A stretch of 64,000 bases of DNA. It comes from an uncultured bacterium (lineage in GTDB: Bacteria; Chlamydiota; Chlamydiia; Chlamydiales; JACRBE01). Shown here one piece after another: positions 46,109 through 54,321 of this stretch. The first letter of the stretch is position 1. Every line of letters begins with the position of its first letter. A model generated the notes under the pieces. It did no database searches and was not told where the DNA came from. It saw only the letters and a program-made list of their open reading frames with translations. A program made the translations under genes and the position numbers. The DNA is taken from positions 5,354-69,353 of the forward strand of contig CAYSAJ010000005.1 in NCBI GenBank assembly GCA_964429005.1, written 5' to 3'.

Positions 46109-46555
46109 ATGTCCGACCTTAGCAAACATAAAGATCAGTTTCTCTTACTCGTAGAGGCAGGTTTTATTGCAGTAAATCAATCTGATGAAGATTCTGCGGT
46201 CAAATTGTTTCAAGCGGCTCACTTAATTAACAAAGAAAGTCCCCTTCCTACCCTGGGCATGGGCTATCTTCACATGTGTAAGCTTGAACTTAAAAAAGCT
46301 GTTGAAGACTTCAACCGTGTTCTCCACAAAGACCCAAAAAATGAAATGGCAAAAGCTATGCTTGGTCTCACTCTAAGCATGACTCCAGATCATTGGAAAG
46401 AAGGAGAAAAAGTTCTTCACGAAACAGCAAAATCAGGCAATAAAGATGTAAAAAATCTTTCAAACACAACGCTTGACTTCGTCGAAAAATTTGTGAAAAA
46501 ACCCAATCCTCATGCTATGGATCACACAAGATCTAAAGACCAAAAGCATAAATAG
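46109..46555 (+). CDS. cdsG: CdsG-like (YscG-like) TPR needle chaperone
   Basis: It is 148 aa with TPR-like helices (GMGYLHMCKLELKKAVEDFNRVLHKDPKN). It matches the CT667 position. Confidence 0.65.
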   Translation: MSDLSKHKDQFLLLVEAGFIAVNQSDEDSAVKLFQAAHLINKESPLPTLGMGYLHMCKLELKKAVEDFNRVLHKDPKNEMAKAMLGLTLSMTPDHWKEGEKVLHETAKSGNKDVKNLSNTTLDFVEKFVKKPNPHAMDHTRSKDQKHK

Positions 46556-46563
46556 GATACTAA

Positions 46564-47211
46564 ATGGCAAGCGATTTTGCAGATAGAATTGATGGAACAG
46601 ATCCCATCGGCGCGAATCAGCCTGTAAAAGGTTTCAATCAAGAGGGGGAGAGCACCCGCTCCTTTCAATCGTACATGGAAGGACAAACTCCCTCTCAAGC
46701 TACAAACCCAAATGCAAGCGGACCCACACCAGCTCAGCTGGTGAGTCAACAATCTGCAACCATGGGGCCACCCTCAATGGAATCTGTGATTGCTCAGATG
46801 AATACTTCTTCAACAAGCTTGGGGGATCTCCAAAATAAACTCCAAACACCCAACCTGAATCTTAAATCATCTCAAAAATATCTTCTCCGCAATAAACTCA
46901 CTGAAGCTAACACCCAAATTCGCGCCGCCGCGACGAAAACGGGAGTTGATGTCAGAGAAATGCCTGAAGGGGCCTCAAGCCAAAACCCCATGACGAGGTT
47001 TTTAGCTTTGGTCTCAGATGGCCAACAACAATTAGAGGCCGCTCAGCTTAATGTTGCGAATCTAGCTCAAAGCGGTAAAACACTAAACCCTGCACAATTA
47101 TTACTAGTTCAAGTTAAACTAGCAAAAGCTCAGCAGGAGCTTGAGTATTCTTCCATCGTTTTAAATAACGCGATTAGTGATGTGAAGATGTTATTCAACG
47201 TTCAATTATAA
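46564..47211 (+). CDS. CT668-position T3SS-associated protein; possible inner-rod (SctI)-like C-terminus
   Basis: It is 215 aa, S/T/Q/N/P-rich and Cys-free. Its C-terminal helix LLLVQVKLAKAQQELEYSSIVLNNAISDVKMLFNVQL resembles the conserved C-terminal helix of SctI proteins. Confidence 0.45.
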   Translation: MASDFADRIDGTDPIGANQPVKGFNQEGESTRSFQSYMEGQTPSQATNPNASGPTPAQLVSQQSATMGPPSMESVIAQMNTSSTSLGDLQNKLQTPNLNLKSSQKYLLRNKLTEANTQIRAAATKTGVDVREMPEGASSQNPMTRFLALVSDGQQQLEAAQLNVANLAQSGKTLNPAQLLLVQVKLAKAQQELEYSSIVLNNAISDVKMLFNVQL

Positions 47212-47221
47212 CGGCTAGTCC

Positions 47222-48538
47222 ATGATCGATGACTCTCAGTTCGACAACCTCCTCACAAAGCTGGAAAACCTTGAGCTCACATCCGTTCATGGAAGAATTA
47301 CACAAATCGTCGGAATGCTCATCAAGGCTATTGTCCCCAACGTAAAAATGGGGGAAGTATGCATGATCAAGCGTGAAGGCACCCCTCTTATTGCCGAGGT
47401 TGTGGGCTTCACTAAAGAAGAAGTTTATCTATCCCCTCTCGGTGAAATGTCAGGCGTTGGACCATCTTCTGAAGTGATCCCAATGAGACTATCTCTTCAC
47501 ATCAAAGTAGGTCCAGGATTACTCGGACGGGTGCTAAATGGTCTTGGCGAGCCGTTAGATGAAGCTGAAAAAGGGCCCCTCATTTTAAATGAGACCTACC
47601 CGGTTCTAAATGATCCTCCAGATCCTTTAAAACGTAAAATGATCACTGAGCCTATATCCACGGGTATTCGCTGTATTGATGGTGTCCTATCCTGCGGTAT
47701 AGGGCAGCGTGTCGGTATTTTTGCTGCAGCAGGTGGTGGTAAATCAACACTGCTTGGAATGATCGCTCGCTATGCTAAAGCTGATGTGAATGTGATATCC
47801 CTAATTGGTGAGAGAGGTCGCGAGGTAAGAGAATTCCTAGAAAACGATTTAGGTCCTGAAGGGATGAAGAGATCTGTTATTATCGTCTCAACATCGGATC
47901 AAGCTGCTCAGCTCCGTTTAAACGCCGCTTACGTAGGCACTGCAATCGCTGAATACTTTCGCGATCAAGGTAAAAGCGTTATTTTAATGATGGACTCTGT
48001 CACTCGCTTTGCAAGAGCTCTTCGTGAAATTGGTCTTGCTGCTGGAGAGCCCCCTGCAAGAGCAGGATATACTCCTTCAGTTTTTGCGGTACTGCCAAAG
48101 CTTCTTGAAAGATCGGGAAACTCAGACAGAGGTTCTATTACAGCGTTTTATACAGTGCTTGTAGCTGGCGATGATATGAATGAGCCTGTTGCTGATGAGG
48201 TACGCTCTATTTTGGATGGACACATCATTTTATCTTCAGAGCTAGCACGGCAATATCACTACCCTGCTATTGATGTTCTGAGCTCAGCAAGCCGTATCAT
48301 TTCATCGATCATCGATCAAGAACATCTCCAACTTGTTGGAAAAATTCGAGAAGTCCTCGCAAACTACAAGAAGAACGAACTTCTTATTCGGATTGGAGAA
48401 TACAAACCTGGTTCTGACAAAAATGCTGACTTTGCGATAAAATATATTGAAAAAGTCAATCGCTTCTTAAAACAAAGAACCGATGAAAAATGTACTTTCC
48501 AAGAGACCCTAGAGCAATTAAAAGCTCTCTTTAAGTAA
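47222..48538 (+). CDS. sctN: T3SS ATPase SctN (CdsN)
   Basis: Walker A AAGGGKST and Walker [13 protein letters not shown] are present, along with [12 protein letters not shown] and [12 protein letters not shown]. Confidence 0.95.
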   Translation: MIDDSQFDNLLTKLENLELTSVHGRITQIVGMLIKAIVPNVKMGEVCMIKREGTPLIAEVVGFTKEEVYLSPLGEMSGVGPSSEVIPMRLSLHIKVGPGLLGRVLNGLGEPLDEAEKGPLILNETYPVLNDPPDPLKRKMITEPISTGIRCIDGVLSCGIGQRVGIFAAAGGGKSTLLGMIARYAKADVNVISLIGERGREVREFLENDLGPEGMKRSVIIVSTSDQAAQLRLNAAYVGTAIAEYFRDQGKSVILMMDSVTRFARALREIGLAAGEPPARAGYTPSVFAVLPKLLERSGNSDRGSITAFYTVLVAGDDMNEPVADEVRSILDGHIILSSELARQYHYPAIDVLSSASRIISSIIDQEHLQLVGKIREVLANYKKNELLIRIGEYKPGSDKNADFAIKYIEKVNRFLKQRTDEKCTFQETLEQLKALFK

Positions 48539-48543
48539 TCCCC

Positions 48544-49041
48544 ATGAAAAAACCTAAATATCCTTTAGAACAACTCGCTGAAATCAAACAAAGGCGTGTA
48601 GAAGAAGCTGAAAAGGATCTTAAACGGAAAAAAGAACTTCTCGAGATCGAACAAGAAAAATTAAAAAAACGTGAAGAAGAGCGTGATCAAGTCAAAGCTC
48701 ACAAAGCAGACAAAATCATGCAGCTCAACAAAAAGTTTGATGAAGGGATTTCTAGTGATGAGATTGAGCAAGCAAAAGTCTACCTAAAAGTTGTTGATGA
48801 AAAACTAAAAGGAAAAGAGCTAAAAGTTCAAGAACAACAACAAGTTGTTAAAGTAGCTGAAAAAGCTGTTGAGGAAGCCCGCGCTGTGCTGATTAAAAGG
48901 CAAACGGAGATTGAAAAAATTCATATGCACCGCAAAGAGTGGGAAAAAGAAATGAAAGTCTTAGAGGCTCAAGAAGAAGAAAAACTCATGGATGAGCTTG
49001 GGTCCACGGGATTTGTCAGAAAGAAAAATGAACCCAAATAA
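48544..49041 (+). CDS. sctO: T3SS stalk protein SctO (CdsO)
   Basis: It is a 165-aa K/E-rich coiled coil directly after sctN, matching the CT670 position. Confidence 0.7.
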   Translation: MKKPKYPLEQLAEIKQRRVEEAEKDLKRKKELLEIEQEKLKKREEERDQVKAHKADKIMQLNKKFDEGISSDEIEQAKVYLKVVDEKLKGKELKVQEQQQVVKVAEKAVEEARAVLIKRQTEIEKIHMHRKEWEKEMKVLEAQEEEKLMDELGSTGFVRKKNEPK

Positions 49042-49135
49042 CAGCTATCAAATATTTAAATAATTTTTATTATAATTTTGATGTTTATTAAATAAACTTT
49101 TCAAATTACAATAACAGTTTAAAATATGAGCTTTT

Positions 49136-49870
49136 ATGACTGCTATCGTTTCATCTCCTACCGGGAGACCAGTTCCTCTAGCCCCCATTTCATACGACCT
49201 GGAAAGGTGTTTAAGAGAAAAAGTGGGCGATGCCGTTTCTGAGATCGTTATATATGGATTTTCTCACTGCTGTTACGGAATGTTATTCACTCTCCTAAAA
49301 GGGACTTCATTTAAACCCTTAAATTATGATAATTATTTCCCCTTAAATCCCCTAGCAACTGAGCTCCCCTCATCCTATACTGCGACAAAAAGTCATATCC
49401 GGTTGTATAAAGCTATTTTAGTCAGTGTGATGGTAGAGAATTACCGAAGAGAAAAAAAAGGTCTTCCTATTGTCCCTGTGATCTTTTGTATTGACACCGA
49501 TGAAAAAATCCATCGTCCAAGTGATCTACTAAGAAAAACACGCTGCGCCACCATATCTGAGCTCAAAGTAGCTCAAGCCTTCTGCACAGATCCTCTATTT
49601 AGTGAAGAGATGCAAAGAGTAGCTCAAAAAACTTTTCTTTTTGTGAAATTTACTTTCAAAAGTTATACATATGGCAAACTGACCTTTATACCCGCCCCTT
49701 GGATCTTAAATCCTACGGCTTGGGTAAAATTGCCAAAAGTTGAAGTAGTAGAAACTCCAGCAGCAAGATGGCACTGCTGGGGACTTTGCACAAGAAATGT
49801 TGTACATCCTACTCCCCCACCCAAATTCAGCTGGAAAAAATGGGTGATAGAAACTCTTGAAAAACCATAA
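49136..49870 (+). CDS. Hypothetical protein (244 aa) inserted between sctO and sctP
   Basis: It is an intact ORF preceded by a 94-nt AT-rich spacer. It is C/W/F/Y/P-rich, unlike the neighbouring T3SS proteins. It has no counterpart in the canonical CT669-CT672 order. Confidence 0.55.
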   Translation: MTAIVSSPTGRPVPLAPISYDLERCLREKVGDAVSEIVIYGFSHCCYGMLFTLLKGTSFKPLNYDNYFPLNPLATELPSSYTATKSHIRLYKAILVSVMVENYRREKKGLPIVPVIFCIDTDEKIHRPSDLLRKTRCATISELKVAQAFCTDPLFSEEMQRVAQKTFLFVKFTFKSYTYGKLTFIPAPWILNPTAWVKLPKVEVVETPAARWHCWGLCTRNVVHPTPPPKFSWKKWVIETLEKP

Positions 49871-49960
49871 CATCTCTATTTTGTCTTTTTGACCTCTTGC
49901 AAAAAACCATAAAAATTGCGAATGTGAATCCAATATACGTATGGCAGGGGGATTCTCATT

Positions 49961-51421
49961 ATGGAACCCAAAAATCTAAGCGGTGTTCCGCGTCAACCGA
50001 AAGCGGAAGAAGAAGAATTTGAACAAAAATTCGATCCTGAAAAATTTAAAAAAATTCTCAAAGTAGATGATTCTGATAGCGCCCAAAAACGTAATAAGCG
50101 AAATCTCAATCGCTCCCAGGAGGAGGGTGACGATACAGAAGATGTAACCCCTCAGGCCACTCCAAGTGGTGAATTTAAAGGTCTGATGGGCGAGCAAACC
50201 TCTGATGAGGGCATTTACGGTAAGCAAGGTGTGCAATCCTCACAAACAGGACCCTCCTTGAAGCAAGTAAACCCTGATTTTGAAGTGGGAGATTCTTCAA
50301 GCGACGAGGCAGATTTTGATCAAAATGACCAGGTGTCACAGCAAGCTGCGCAGTATGCGCCTCTTGCTTCTCCTCCACAACCTCAAAACACGTTGCCAAC
50401 TGAGGAAGTTTCCACTCCTCCAGAAGAACCCTTCAGTGGAGAAGAAACTCTTTTAACGCCGCCGCCCTCTTCTACACAAACTCCAACATCAGAAGAAAAA
50501 AAACCTTCTAAAGCGATTCCTAGTGATAAAAAAACTGAAGTGAAACTCCCACATACTCTCCAACCGCCTTCAGCACCTCCTAGTGGAAAAAAAACAACTG
50601 CGCAAGAAAAGCCACTTCCTGGAAAACCATCGATTAAAGTTCCTGCGAAAAATCAAAGCGAGGAATCTACCCTGCCGAGTTTTGAAGAAGAAGCTATTGA
50701 GGAGATCAAACCAAACGCTGCTACATCTCAGGAATCTCAACTTACTACCACAAACAAACCTACAGAAAAAACACCTGCCTCTTCACCCCCTGCAGAAACT
50801 CAAAAACCTGGTCCCAAAGCACCCCTAGAGGAAGATATCGAGGCCCCCTTGCTACCTCTGAGTCAAATGCCCATCCAAGTAATCAATCGAGAAGCACAGC
50901 CCCACTCAAAAGAGAAAAAAGAAGAGACAACTTCTGTAGGAGGCATCCCAGCAGCCGATACGATCATTTCTCCAAATTTGCCTCAAGCTCCTGAAGCACC
51001 CTCTCAAGTCACTCCAACAACCATGACTTCATTTTCCCAACTTTCTCCACAGACTTTTGCCCTTTTTGAGAAAATGGTAGGACTCATTACTGTCCAAACG
51101 TCGATGGGAGTGAGTACAACCACAGTTACCGTTTCTATGCCGGGATCGGTATTTGATAAGGCTGAAATCGTCCTTCAACAATTTTCTACAGCACGAAACG
51201 CTTTCACCGTTGAAATTCGGACAAATCCTGAAGCTCTTCAAGTCGTCAACGCAGAGTTCAATAATCTTGTGGCTGCCATGGAATCCGCGAAACTAAGTGT
51301 GCAAATCAACTTGCAGCGTCCTACTCTATTGAATGAGTATCAAGCGACAAGCAGAAAAGGCCCACGACCTGTTAGTCCTGTGAAAGGGAAAAATAAAGAT
51401 AAAAAAGATCAGGAAGAATAA
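49961..51421 (+). CDS. sctP: T3SS needle-length regulator SctP (CdsP-like)
   Basis: It is 486 aa with a long P/S/T/E/Q-rich spacer and a structured C-terminal ~100 aa (T3S4-like position). It lies between sctO and sctQ, as CT671 does. Confidence 0.6.
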   Translation: MEPKNLSGVPRQPKAEEEEFEQKFDPEKFKKILKVDDSDSAQKRNKRNLNRSQEEGDDTEDVTPQATPSGEFKGLMGEQTSDEGIYGKQGVQSSQTGPSLKQVNPDFEVGDSSSDEADFDQNDQVSQQAAQYAPLASPPQPQNTLPTEEVSTPPEEPFSGEETLLTPPPSSTQTPTSEEKKPSKAIPSDKKTEVKLPHTLQPPSAPPSGKKTTAQEKPLPGKPSIKVPAKNQSEESTLPSFEEEAIEEIKPNAATSQESQLTTTNKPTEKTPASSPPAETQKPGPKAPLEEDIEAPLLPLSQMPIQVINREAQPHSKEKKEETTSVGGIPAADTIISPNLPQAPEAPSQVTPTTMTSFSQLSPQTFALFEKMVGLITVQTSMGVSTTTVTVSMPGSVFDKAEIVLQQFSTARNAFTVEIRTNPEALQVVNAEFNNLVAAMESAKLSVQINLQRPTLLNEYQATSRKGPRPVSPVKGKNKDKKDQEE

Positions 51422-51513
51422 GGTGTGATAAAAAATTTTATAAAAATACCAAAAAGTGTTTTTGCAAAACGCTTAGCTTATATATTCTGCAATTTAAAAT
51501 ATTCAATGAGGTT

Positions 51514-52641
51514 ATGTTGATGAGTGCAGATAACCCCTTTATCAAACATCTTACAAAAATCATTGAGCCTTCTCTTCTGAGGCCCAACTGGCCTCATCTA
51601 CCCTCATTTCCTTATGACAAATTTTCTCACCTTCTAGCAGAAAAATTAGGCCTCTCCCCGTTCCACGTAGAATTTGTGAAAGCTGACTGGCAATCTCATG
51701 CGAAAACAGCCAAAACTTTTGGAAAGCATCCTGCTCATTTTTCTTTTCATCTTGCTCCCATAACAGATCCTTTTTTCATGATTATGTCTTTAGATGACAA
51801 AAGCAAATTAGGAGAGTGGTGCCTGGGTACGCCAGTAAAAAATAACAGTTTGATCAATGCCTATTTAGAATTTACCCTAAGTAAGGTTCTTAGGGCTATT
51901 GATGAACTGGGAATATACTCTGGACTCAAACCATCTCTTAGCCATGATAGCTACCTAGAAGAAGAAGCTTATGTCATCTATCTAACGATTCATCACGGTG
52001 AGCAACAAATCCCCGTTTGTTTAGTCTGCCCCACATCTTTTCATCACCAATTTATTAAGCATTATCAAAGCAAACCTTTTTCGATTACAGCATTCAATTC
52101 AATAGAAAATATGCTGATCACAACTCCTCTAGAACTAGGATCAGTAGAATTATCTCATCAGGAATGGGGAAGTGTTAAAGTGGGCGATTGGATCGTTTTA
52201 GATCAGTGTAGCTACCACCCATTAGAGAAAAAGGGTACACTCACAATGGTTCTAAATCAAACACCCCTATTTCAATTGAAAATCAAAGAAGGGCAAATCA
52301 AAGTCCTCGATTATATTTTCTACCAACAAGGCTTATCTATGAATCCGCAAAATCCTAATACTGATGAAGATTCTTATGAAGAAGAATTTACATCAGGAGA
52401 AAATCAACAGGCTCCCTCTTTAACCATGGCCGATGAAATCCCCCTCTCTCTACGTGTTGAGATCGGCCAGCTCAATATGAGCTTAAAAGAGCTAGTGCAA
52501 ATTAAACCCGGTTCTATTATTCCCCTTTCTACTCATCCTGAAAGAGAAGTGAAATTAACATTGAACGGACGCTGCATAGCTCTTGGAGAACTTCTTGAGC
52601 TCGATGATGCAGTAGGCATAAAAATTACTGAGCTCCCCTAA
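51514..52641 (+). CDS. sctQ: T3SS cytoplasmic ring / sorting platform protein SctQ (CdsQ)
   Basis: It has a C-terminal SpoA/FliN-like domain (LSLRVEIGQLNMSLKELVQIKPGSIIPL...VKLTLNGRCIALGELLELDDAVGIKI). An alternative ATG at 51520 has better SD spacing. Confidence 0.85.
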   Translation: MLMSADNPFIKHLTKIIEPSLLRPNWPHLPSFPYDKFSHLLAEKLGLSPFHVEFVKADWQSHAKTAKTFGKHPAHFSFHLAPITDPFFMIMSLDDKSKLGEWCLGTPVKNNSLINAYLEFTLSKVLRAIDELGIYSGLKPSLSHDSYLEEEAYVIYLTIHHGEQQIPVCLVCPTSFHHQFIKHYQSKPFSITAFNSIENMLITTPLELGSVELSHQEWGSVKVGDWIVLDQCSYHPLEKKGTLTMVLNQTPLFQLKIKEGQIKVLDYIFYQQGLSMNPQNPNTDEDSYEEEFTSGENQQAPSLTMADEIPLSLRVEIGQLNMSLKELVQIKPGSIIPLSTHPEREVKLTLNGRCIALGELLELDDAVGIKITELP

Positions 52642-52647
52642 ATCATT

Positions 52648-54243
52648 ATGGCTTTGAATAAAGAATTTTATCTTCAAACCACTCTACCTGGGCATAGTGT
52701 TTCTCTAGAAGAGACTCCTATTCCCTCGCAAATAGGTCCCTATAAGATTGAAAGTTTGCTGAGCCAAGGAGGGATGAGTGTTCTTTATCTTGCTAAACAT
52801 CCTGATCGCCAGCAACTGATCGCTATAAAAGTTCTATCCCCTCGTTTTGTGACTCATAATGAACTTAAAAGCCAATTTCTTAAAGAAGCAGAAATCATTA
52901 GCCTGACCGATCATCCCAATATTGTGAAGCTCTATGGGCAAGGAGAATGGGAAGGTGGCCTCTATATTGCGATGGAATTCATTCGAGGGATTTCTCTTAA
53001 ACAATTTATTATTCAACATTCTCTATCCTTAAGACGCAGTCTTGATATCATTCTCCAGGTGGCTTATGCCCTCTTGCATCTACATACTCATGGCGTGATC
53101 CACAGAGATTTAAAACCAGAGAACATCCTCATTACAGAAAGTGGTCAGATCAAGGTGATTGATTTTGGCGTCGCCCAGCTCCAATCATCTGCGAATAGCC
53201 CCTCAAAAGGACTCGTAGGAACTCCTAGCTATATGAGTCCCGAGATGAAATCGTCCACTACATCCTCTTTCACATCGGATATATATGCTTTAGGTATTAT
53301 TGCGTATGAGCTGATCATCGGCAAATTAAGCTTCGGAACTATTCAGCTCAATCTACTCCCTAAAAACATCCGTCTTATTATCCAAAAAGCTTTGCAACCC
53401 GATCCCGCCCATCGCTACCAAGATATCGTCGATTTCATTACTGACATTTCCCAATACCTCAAAAAAGATATGATTTTATCTGAGAGAAGTGAAAAGGATG
53501 AGATGAAGGAGATGATCGAATCTCTTACACAGTCCCAAAGATCTCTTCTTCCGGCTACAATTCCATCTTGGAATGAAATTGAAATAGGTCTTGCTAAAAC
53601 TGCAGCTCACCATATTGTAGGATTCTCCTATGATTTTGTTCGATTTGATGACAGACGTCATGTTGTGATCGTTGCTGAATCCCTCTCTCAGGAAATTGAA
53701 TCAATTTCTTATATTTCCTTTTTAAAAGGACTTCTTAAAATGTCTTTCCATGAGCACCAAGGAGGAGTAAAACGCTTTGACCCTTCAGCTCACCTGACTC
53801 TTATTAACGAAAAAATCTTTTTAGAACAAAAAAAGATGCTCTTCCGCTTTGGATTACTTTTTTTAGATGCTTCCATAGGAGAATTTCATTTTATTGGCTG
53901 TGGTTACCCCTCAATTTGGCATCTTTCAGAAACCTCCAAAACGCCTCGTCTTCTAAAAGCGACTAATCCACTTCTTGGTGAAACTTTAAGCTTTGCTCCC
54001 TTTGAAATTAACGACTCATGGAAGGAAGGAGAACAAATTTTTTTCCACACCGCAGCACATGAAAATATGATTAAAGAAGACCTTGCCACTATTGAAGCAC
54101 TTACAAAAGCAGCTATAAGTGAAAACCTTGCTGTTTCAAGTCAAACAGCAAGTGATAATATTTTAAAAAAACTGATTCTTCATCTTCCTAACACATTTGA
54201 CAAAGGACAAACTCTTGTTCTTTCGATTCAAAGGATTGATTGA
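52648..54243 (+). CDS. pkn5: Hanks-type Ser/Thr kinase (Pkn5/CT673 position) fused to a degenerate SpoIIE/PP2C-like domain
   Basis: Kinase motifs are present: IAIKVL, HRDLKPENIL, DFGVAQL, GTPSYMSPE. The C-terminal half follows the SpoIIE-domain pattern (QRSLLPATIP...VGFSYDFVRFDD...VIVAESLSQE...FIGCGYPSIWHL...NPLLGE...GEQIFFHTAAHEN) with the metal-binding Asp positions substituted. Confidence 0.8.
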   Translation: MALNKEFYLQTTLPGHSVSLEETPIPSQIGPYKIESLLSQGGMSVLYLAKHPDRQQLIAIKVLSPRFVTHNELKSQFLKEAEIISLTDHPNIVKLYGQGEWEGGLYIAMEFIRGISLKQFIIQHSLSLRRSLDIILQVAYALLHLHTHGVIHRDLKPENILITESGQIKVIDFGVAQLQSSANSPSKGLVGTPSYMSPEMKSSTTSSFTSDIYALGIIAYELIIGKLSFGTIQLNLLPKNIRLIIQKALQPDPAHRYQDIVDFITDISQYLKKDMILSERSEKDEMKEMIESLTQSQRSLLPATIPSWNEIEIGLAKTAAHHIVGFSYDFVRFDDRRHVVIVAESLSQEIESISYISFLKGLLKMSFHEHQGGVKRFDPSAHLTLINEKIFLEQKKMLFRFGLLFLDASIGEFHFIGCGYPSIWHLSETSKTPRLLKATNPLLGETLSFAPFEINDSWKEGEQIFFHTAAHENMIKEDLATIEALTKAAISENLAVSSQTASDNILKKLILHLPNTFDKGQTLVLSIQRID

Positions 54244-54321
54244 TAATCAGGCTTATTGTTTAATACGAATTTTAGCCTTCGGTTTTATTTATAGCCCCTA
54301 GGAACTCTAAGAGAGTGATGA

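Noticed and set aside
47222-48538. The possibility that the ATPase and its neighbours are flagellar (FliI/FliN) rather than injectisome genes.
   Set aside because: The same cluster contains a secretin (sctC), a needle protein with YscE/YscG-like chaperones and an FHA-type SctD. No flagellar rod, hook or filament genes are present.
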